Origin: Octopus sinensis
Lineage: Eukaryota
Length of the DNA: 64,000 nt
Assembly: GCF_006345805.1 (NCBI RefSeq)
Contig: NW_021832278.1
Span: 1 to 64,000 of the forward strand
Direction of reading: 5' to 3'
Below, in pieces: positions 54,860 through 64,000 of the stretch (its first letter is position 1; the number at the start of each line of letters is the position of its first letter). Made by a program: the position numbers and the translations under genes. The notes below the pieces were generated by a model. That model did not search any database and was not told the origin of the DNA. It saw only the letters and a list, made by a program, of their open reading frames with translations.

Positions 54860-56999
54860 ATGGCCACTGGCCACCACGAGGCTGAGTTGCAAGTCAAGCG
54901 TGACGCAGAAACAGAAAAACAGGATGCCTGTTTAGCATACGCCGAACCTGACAACTCCACACCACCACAGCAACAAATACAAAACAAAGGTCGCAAGGCC
55001 AAGCACCGTCAACACCATCAGTGAGTCCACCACCACCACCAACACCATGGCAGAATCTGCTACTAAAACTGCTATCCCTACTAAAGATATCGCCACCAAT
55101 AACAACACCATCACACCATCACCGCCACCAAAGACCGTGCCGTCAATGCTACTAATACTACCCAACACCACCGCCGTCACCAAGAACGACAATAACAACA
55201 ACAACAACACAACAACGACGACAACAACAATTCCCTTCAACCACTGCTCACTCCATCACCAACAAGTGAAAAAATAACGACGACAAGCAAACGAAAAATG
55301 TCGAATTTTGCCCTAGTGCAGGACTAAAGTACGCAGGCAATTTTCCACCCCTTCCTACTTGCACGATCGAACCAACACACCAATTTTACAAACTGCAGCC
55401 AACAACAACATCACCACAAGCAACAACAATAACAAAACACAACAAATTTCGCTGAGGCGATTAAAGAAAAAAAACAACAATATCTTTACTTACGGCTCAA
55501 CAATACAGGACACGAACATCAAAATAACAGAATCAGAAGGTATAGTAAAAAATAACATACCAGAAGATATTTTGGAAAATGAAAAAAGACGAACAATCAT
55601 TTATAAAATAGTTAACAAAAAAACAAAAATCCCAGAGAAGGCCAACACAAGCAAAATAGAGAAGTGCTTGAAACCCATCTGGGATCACAAAGAATATGTA
55701 ACCTGGTGGAACAAATTTGCCCACATACAAGTTGTTTTCTACACCGAAGAGTTAGCTAGACATTTCTCAACGCTAACTCTTCACTCAGATGAACTCCAAC
55801 TTACACCAAGCTATCGGGGACAGAAAGTGACTAAGATCACTCTAAACAATGTCCCCAAAATAGCCAATAGTCTATGGCTTGTAAAGGCCTTATGCGTAAA
55901 AATGGCGAATTATACTATTTTGGAAACCACAGTCACAGAGCATAAAAACTGGGTGGGAAAAAAATAGAATTTCTTCTACATATACATCAGAAGATAAAAA
56001 AAAATACCCACCCAGATATGTGTATCAGACGACCACAAGTTATATGTGGTCGTCGATGGCAGAAGACCACGTTGCTACATATGCGGCAGTGAGCAACACC
56101 TCAAAAAAGACTGCAAATCTGCCGCAAGAAAACAACAGCAACAACAACAGCAGCCGGAAACAAAAACAAATAAACAAGGTTTACTACCCACACCACTTTT
56201 TGCAGGAACAAACCTCACCAAACAAACAACCACACCAACTGCAGCACCAAGAACAGAAGCAGCATCACCAACAACAACAACCAAGAATATACCAACTCCC
56301 AAACCAAGGACATCTGCCAAAAAGACACCCAGCAAAAATGAAGAAACAATTACAACTCCAAATCCCCACAAAATTGAGACCCTAAACAACACAACAATAC
56401 CACAATCACTCAAACACAAATACCCAAACCCCACATCCAAAACCGCATACACCACAACCAAACGCTCACCAACCAACACCAACAACAAAACCAACACAGT
56501 CGACAATAGACCCCAATACTTTCCCTCTTCCAGACTCCGATTCGTCTGATCTGTCATTAGACGAAGAAGACACGGAAGATTGGCAAATAGCCACAGGGGG
56601 GAGAAGAAAAAGGGGAAAAAAAAGAAAAGAAAAAATAACAAACAAAGCGGGAAGATACACCACTCCCGAAACAAAAACATCCACAGAAAACACACACACA
56701 TCAACACAAACACACCATCATCAACCCCCAAAAATGTTGACAGCCATAAACACAAACAACCACGACCTAATGGAACACATTAGGTCAAACACTAACATTA
56801 CTGAAAACGACATAAAAACAAGTAACCACCCACACACAACACCACCACAACACACATTAAAATAATACACGTGACACAGAACACATACAGCACCCTGAAA
56901 TCTCTTTACCCTGATGCAGTAGGGAGATTTCAAAAGTACTCATCGAAAAAACTGTATAAAAGCCTCATAGAAGAAGACCGTGAGGTGAAAGACAAATAA
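54860..56999 (+). pseudogene. Tx1 ORF1 (gag-like), frameshifted
   Basis: Stitched frames: MATGHHE...; globular region 55500-56060; RCYICGSEQHLKKDC (CX2CX4HX4C); acidic DSDSSDLSLDEED then basic RRKRGKKRK; ends EEDREVKDK*. Confidence 0.7.
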
Positions 57000-57058
57000 C
57001 TTTCGAAAACAAGTAACCTTTTTTCTCTCCTTTTCCTTTTTTGCACTTTTATCGGAAC

Positions 57059-60000
57059 ATGCTCAGAATAGGTAGTATAAATGTACGTGGCTTGGGGTCG
57101 CCTTGGAAACAAGGCTACCTGTTAAATGACATCAAGTCACTAAATCTGAATATCATAGCCATCAGTGAGACCAGACTCCACAGCTTGCGGGCACTCCAGC
57201 ACATTTTCGGTACACATTTCAACATTTATTTTTCTCCGTGTCTACCGAGAATGGGCGGAGGTGGCACCGCGGTGCTTATCCGGAAGAGTCTGGATCTCAA
57301 AGTAAGAGCAAATTTCCTAGACCCGGAGGGTAGGCTGGTCGTTTTGGATGTCGATGGCAGCAATGAGTGTGCTTTTCGACTGATAGCAGTTTATGCTCCG
57401 TCCTTAACAGGCCGACCAGATTTCTTTCGACGTCTAGAGTCTTTCATGGGAACGTCTCGTCCTTTACTTTTAGTGGGGGATTGGAATGCCACCCTGGACA
57501 CGCATCTAGACTACGTGGGCAGAGATAGCAATAGAAGGGGATGCAAATGCCTCAAAGACCTGCTCAGACGTTTCCAACTGTCTGACAGGTACCGACTGGA
57601 CCACCCGAATGTGCCAATGTGGACATGGAGTAACCGCATCGGGTCGTCCAGATCATACTTAGATAGAGTATTCTGTAGGACAATAGATAAAAATAGTGTA
57701 GGTTGTCCACAATTTCATATAGTCAGTTACACAGATCACAAGTTTGTGACTTGTACACTTGACTTAGATAAGACACATAGGCAGGGTCCTGGTTACTGGA
57801 AACTGAACGCGTCTTTTACAGCACGACAGGTTTACAGGGACCGGATCAGCACATTAGTTAAGAGAGCTTTGACGGGTACCATCATCAACAACAGATGGTG
57901 GTATGCCCTAAAAAAAGCGATTAAAGCAGAATCAGTCAGATACAGTAGAGCCCTAGCATTAGACCGAAATAGAATAGAGGGAGAATTAGTTAAGGTTTTA
58001 GAAGAGGCACTTAGAACTGGCATCGCGTCCAACGTACTGGCGGCGAGATTGGCCCTCGACCAACACCTCAACGCCAAACACGAGGGATGCGTTGTCAGAG
58101 CTAGGATGCGTGCTCTGAGGAACGAAGGAGTTGGAGCCGCCCAAGAGGCCCGAGTGGTGGAGACGCAACGAGGCAACAGAGCCACCATCAAGTCTCTTAT
58201 AGATGAACAGGGGCGCGAATTGCTCGAGCCTAAAAGGATGTGTGGGGTTTTTCAACAACACTTCACCCAACTGTTTGGGACAAGTGGTGAGTCAGAAAGC
58301 AGAGTGGACTTTAGTGCCTACCTGCATGCCTTGCCACGACTCTCAGCAAGGGAGGTGGAGTCTTGTGAAAAGCCTATCACAGCTGCGGACGTACAGGATG
58401 CGATGGTAGGCTGCGCGAGAGACAAGTCACCAGGCTTGGATGGTCTGCCCTACGAATTTTATTTTCATATGCCAGACTTGTTTGGAGGCGTCTTGGCAGC
58501 TGTCTACTGCAACTGGCAGCAGAACGGGAGTATTCCTGCTTTTGTAAAGCGAGGAGCAGTGGCACTGATCAAGAAAGACCCAAACAAGGGGGACGTCATA
58601 GATAATTTCAGGCCCATCACTCTGCTCAACGCAGATTTGAAAATTTTGGCCAGGTGTTAGCCGAGAGGTTGGCGCTTGTCATCAAGAAACTAATCGACAA
58701 GGCGCAAACATGCGCCGTGCCGGGTAGAAGTATTCATGACAACCTCCATCTGATGCGCTACATCATAGACAGGGTAGTTAAAAATCCTGGCATGGGTGGG
58801 GCGCTGATCAATTTGGATCAATCAAAAGCCTTCGATAGGGTAGACCATCACTACTTGGAGGCTGTCCTCAAAGCGGCTGGTTTCGGTCCAGTTTTCCGCG
58901 GTTGGATCGCTGCCTTATACAGCGGCATCCGCTCAGTAGTTCGCGTAAATGGTCATCTATCCAGACCTTTTAACATCATGCGTTCGGTTCGTCAGGATGC
59001 CCCCTCTCATCGCTGCTGTATGTACTGACTCTTGAGCCACTACTGCGGAAACTGGCGACGCTGAGGGGCATCCCACGAGAGCTGGGATGCGGGAGGAGCG
59101 TGTCTGCATACGCGGATGACGTCACCGTCATAGTGTCGAGCTACGAGCACATCGAGCTGGTCGGCGAGACACTGAAAGAATACGAAGCGGTAACGGGAGC
59201 AAAAATTAACCGGGAAAAGTCAGTGGGCTTGCGGCTCGGCACCTGGAGAAGCAAGCCCATGCCGTCCAACAGCGTCTCCATCGTGGGACGCTGGACGGAC
59301 GGACCGGTTAAATTGCTCGGGGTCTGGTTCGGTCCGGACCTCCAAATGGAGAAGAACTGGGGCGAGATAACGACTAGGGTGGCTACTCTCACCCAGAAAT
59401 GGACTGAGAGAAAGCTATCCCTAAAAGGTCGGGCGGAGGTGGCGAACGCGTACATCGCATCCGTCATCGAGTATCGTCTGACCGTCGTGCCTTGTCCCGA
59501 CCCTACCATCACCAAACTGGAACGCATACTCTTCCGCTTCTTGTGGAAGGGAAACGTTCCGATGGTTAGGCGATCCATTTGCTGCCAACACCCGCTAAAT
59601 GGAGGGCTGGGCATGCCGTGGTTGATGATGCGCAGACATGCGCTGAGACTGCGACATCTCCGGCGCTTCATAGACAACGGTGAACAGGGTGGTCGCCTTT
59701 TGTGCGGCGCGCTTTCCCGCAGCTCGTCTCCTTGGACGAACTACAGTCATGGATCAAGCAGAGACCGAGGCTAGGCGAATGGCACCGCGAGTGTCGCGTT
59801 GCTCTCAAGCAACTCTGCCGTCCGGGATCGAACTTGTGCGACTCCATCACAACAAAGGCATTCTATAGAGGATTAGTGGAGGGGAGGTGCGACGACGAAC
59901 TCGGGCAGAGTCTGGGCGTCGACGAGGAACACCTGACCCGCCTGTTCAGGACAACTTTCGGGCCGGGACCTATGAACAATCACCAAAGATCCCTGGCCTG

Positions 60001-60477
60001 GCAGTGCTATCGAGAAGCATTACCTGTTCGGGATAAGCTCTACAGACACGGTTCCAGACACACTGGACCGACTTGCCCGAGATGCGGTCAGAGCGACGAA
60101 ACCGTTCTGCACGCACTCGTGCAATGTCCAACCATTTCGACCTGTGGGCTTATGCCGAACGGCTGCTGTCACGTGTGGGACGAATCCGCCTATCGGCCGA
60201 GTCTATCGTGAGAATTGCTCCGCCCCCTTCCCTCAACCGGGAAGGCAAGGCAGTTTTCATCGTACTGGTGGCCATGGTGAAAGAATGTGTGTGGTGGACT
60301 CGAGCGAAAGGATTAGAGACAAACACTTACCTCTCTGGCCAATCGCTCATCAACTTTTTCAAGTACCACTTGAAAAGGAAGGTGAGAATGGAGAGGGAAG
60401 TTTTGTCTCGCGAAAGATTCAAAAAAAGATGGGTGAATGTTGCAAAGATGGTGCGTGCTAGTGACGAACCATTTTGA
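57059..60477 (+). pseudogene. Tx1 ORF2: AP endonuclease + reverse transcriptase + C-terminal Zn finger (~1140 aa if four 1-nt deletions are repaired)
   Basis: SINVRGL; ISETR; GDWNA; SYLDRVF; YTDH; FRPITLLNADLKIL; DQSKAFDRVDH; SVRQG(CPLS); YADDV; CPRCGQSDETVLHALVQC. Confidence 0.93.
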
Positions 60478-60790
60478 GCATGATCCTGTAGATCGTAAAA
60501 AAGAAAGAAAGAGAGCATTTTTGACCTCATGTGTTATTTCCTCCCTGACTGGGGTTCCCGTGGTCTTTTCTGTAGGCTTTTCTTCCCACGGATGAACCCA
60601 ATCTTGTTATATCAATGTTTACACCATTATTTCTGTGATACACGATTTTCTTTTTTTTTCTTTTTTTCCTCCTCTCGATCCCTTTTGATCGCAATCTTAC
60701 ATTTTTATTTTTTTCCACCCTCGAAAAGAAAAGCTCTGCATTTGTATTTGTCCCCTCTGTATTCAGCCCTGTGTGGCTAATAAAAGAAAG

Positions 60791-61116
<326 letters not shown>

Positions 61117-61119
<3 letters not shown>

Positions 61120-64000
61120 CCTCCTAACTGACATCAAGTCACATGATTTGGGAATCATAGCCATAAGTTAGTACCGACTCCACGAGCCACGGGCCCTAAA
61201 GTCCATGTTGGCGACAGTTTAAACATTTATTTTCGCTCCTGTCTGCCGAGGTGGGCGGTAGTGGCAACCGCGGTACTTTTTCACAAGAGCCTGATCTCGA
61301 AGTCAAGACGATATTCGTAGACCCGGAGGGTAGACTGATCGTTCTGGATGTTGACGGCAGCAATGGGTGCGCTTTTCGACTCGTTCAGTTTACGCACCGC
61401 CCTTAACAGGTCGGGCGGATTTCTTTCGACGTCTAGAGTATTCTTGGGAACGTCTCGTCCTTTACTCTTAGTGGGGGATTGGAATGCTACCTTGGACACG
61501 CATGTAGACTACGTGGGTAGAGACAGAAACAGAAGGGGATGCAAATGCCTCAGAGACCTGCTCAGACGATTCCAACTGTCTGACAGGTACCGACTCGACC
61601 CCCCAATGCACCAACGTGGACATGGAGCAACCGCAGTGGGTCGTCGAGATCGTATCTAGATAGGATACTGTGTAGGACAGTAGACAAGGATAACTTAGGA
61701 TGTCCACAATTCCACACAGTCAGCTACACGGATCACAAATTGGTGACGTGTACGCTAGACTTAGATAAGGCACATAGACAGGGTCCTGGGTACTGGAAAC
61801 TGAACGCATCATTCCCGTCCAGACAAGTTTTCAGAGACCGGATTAGCACACTAGTAAAGAGGGCTTTGACGGGAGCCATCATCAACAACAAATGGTGGTT
61901 TGCCCTCAAGAGAGCAGTAAAAGCAGAAGCGATTAGGTACAGCAAAGCACTAGCCATAGATAGAAATAGAGTAGAGGGTGAGCTAGTTAAGAAGCTAGAA
62001 GAGGCAATTAGAAGCGGCATCGCATCCGACGTTTTGCGGCGAGTTGGCCCTCGACCAACACTTCAACGCCAAACCGAAGGATGTGCTGTCAGAGCTAGGA
62101 TGCGTGCTCTAAGGAACGAAGGTGTTGGAGCCGCGAGAGAGGCCCGGGTGGCAGAGGCGCAACAGGGCAACAAAGCCACCATTCGGTCACTGGTAGATGA
62201 ACAGGGGCGCGAATTGCTCGAGCCAAGTAAAATGTGTGAGGCCTTTCAGCAGCATTTTGCCCGACTGTTCGGGACGAGTGGAGGGCAAGAACGTAGGGTA
62301 GACTTCAGTGCCTACCTACATAGCCTGCCACGACTCTCGACAAGAAAGGCAGGGTGCTGCGAAGGTGCCATCACGGCGGCGGAAGTGCGGGAAGCGATGG
62401 CAGAATGCTCGAGGGACAAATCACCGGGTTTGGATGGTCTACCCTACGAATTTTACTATTGTATGCCAGACTTGTTTGGAGACGTCTTGGCAGCGGTATA
62501 CTGCAACTACTGGCAGCAAAACGGGAGCATATCCGGTTTTGTGAGTCGAGGAGCTGTAACTCTGCTGAAGAAAGATCCAAACAAGGGAAACATTATAGAT
62601 AACTTTAGGCCAATCACTCTGCTCAATGCAGACCTGAAAATTTTGACAAGGTGTTAGCCAAGAGGTTGGCGCTTGTCATGGAGAAACTGGTCGACAACGC
62701 ACAAACGTGCGCCGTGCCGGGCCGGAGCATCCATGACAACCTCCATCTGATGCGCTACATCATAGACAGGGTAGTTAACGAACCTGGCATGGGTGGGGCC
62801 CTGATCAACTTGGATCAATCGAAAGCCTTTGATAGGGTAGACCATCGATACTTGGAGGCAGTCCTGAGAGCGGCTGGTTTCGGTCCCGTCTTCCGCGGCT
62901 GGATAGCTGCCTGTACAGGGCATCCGTTCGGTAATTCGCGTATGGAATGGACATCTATCGAGACCCTTCGACATTGCACGTTCGGTCCGTCAGGGATGCC
63001 CCCTCTCGGCGCTTCTATACGTATTGACTCTTGAGCCACTACTGCGGAAGCTGGCGACTCTGAGGGGCATCCCGCGAGAATTAGGATGCGGGACGAGCGT
63101 GTCTGCATACGCGGACGACGTCACCGTCATAGTGTCAAGCCACGAGCACATCGAGCGGGTCGGCGAGACACTGAAAGACTACGAAGCGGTGACAGGAGCA
63201 AAAATCAACCGGAAAAAGTCAGTGGGCTTGCGGCGCGGCACCTGGAGAAGCAAGCCCATGCCGTCCACCAGTACCTCCGCCGTGGGACGCTGGACAGACG
63301 GCCCGGTTGAGTTGCTCGGGGTCTGGTTCGGTCCGGACCTCCAAATGGAGAAGAACTGGAACGAGATAACGAGTAGGGTGGTCACTCTCGCCCAGCAATG
63401 GGCCGAGAGGAAACTGTCCCTAAAAGGTCGGGCGGAGGTGGTGAACGCGTACATCGCGTCCATCATCTACTACCGCCTGCCGTCGTACCTTGTCCCGACC
63501 CTACCATCACCAAACTAGAACGCATCCTCTTCCGCTTCTTGTGGAAAGGATGCGTCCCGATGGTCAGACGATCCATTTGCTGTCAACACCCGTTAAAGGA
63601 GGGCTGGGCATGCCGTGGTTGATGATGCGCAGACACGCGCTGAGACTGCGCGACATCTCCGGCTCTATGTAGACGACGGTGAACAGGTGTGGTCGCCGTT
63701 TGTGAGGCACGCATTCCCGCAACTCGTCTCCATGACCGAACTACAGTCGTGGATCAAAAAGAGGCCGAAGAAGGGCGAATGGCACCGCGAGTGTCGCGTT
63801 GCTCTCAAGCAACTCTGCCGTCCCGTCGACCTTGAGTGACTTCAACACAACCAAACATTCTATAGGGGATTAGTGGAGGGGAGGTACGACGACGAGCTAG
63901 GGGCAAACCTGGGCGTCGACGAGGAATACCTGACCCGCCTGTTTCTTCAAACGACTTTCGGCCCGGGACCTATGGACAACTTCCAGAGATCCCTGGCCTG
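61117..64000 (+). mobile_element. Second, diverged, 5'-truncated Tx1 copy (ORF2 only; runs off the window)
   Basis: Colinear with 57116-60000; many third-position substitutions; same APE and RT motifs; more frameshifts than copy 1. Confidence 0.92.

Larger units (their letters stand above)
54642..60790 (+). mobile_element. Full-length Tx1/L1-clade non-LTR retrotransposon (~6.15 kb)
   Basis: ~220-bp 5' UTR, ORF1 with CCHC knuckle, ORF2 APE-RT-zinc finger, ~310-bp 3' UTR; (TATC)n directly on both sides. Confidence 0.92.

Noticed and set aside
56909-56921. CCCTGATGCAGTA shared with the start of the 560-bp unit at 7922
   Set aside because: Lies in ORF1 coding sequence (YPDAV); a 13-mer match is expected by chance in 64 kb.

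Overview
Eukaryotic, very AT-rich, microsatellite-saturated non-genic (intergenic or intronic) DNA. The SINE families and repeat density suggest an octopus or other coleoid cephalopod; this is inference from recalled repeat consensus sequences, not a database hit. No host protein-coding gene can be supported, and almost all long ORFs in the track are translations of simple repeats. Recognisable content is transposable elements: a full-length Tx1/L1-clade LINE plus a second, diverged, 5'-truncated copy, both embedded in (TATC)n; a train of R4/Dong-clade (RLE-type) LINE pieces in (TAA)n, plus another R4/Dong-like copy in (CATA)n; Penelope-like elements with hammerhead-ribozyme folds, one inside a ~3.9-kb palindrome; a 1.9-kb foldback-type DNA element with ~620-bp TIRs and an 8-bp TSD; several Tc1, mariner and DD37D remnants; and many copies of three tRNA-derived SINE families. 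Main leads: (1) apparent (TATC)n/(GATA)n targeting by a Tx1 LINE whose ORF2 may be intact; (2) the same LINE shares its last ~43 nt with an abundant SINE, giving a candidate LINE-SINE pair; (3) different retroelement families each sit in a different microsatellite; (4) a complete minimal hammerhead ribozyme at 17316-17366. Many 1-nt indels look like long-read consensus errors, so intactness and the large palindrome need read-level checks.
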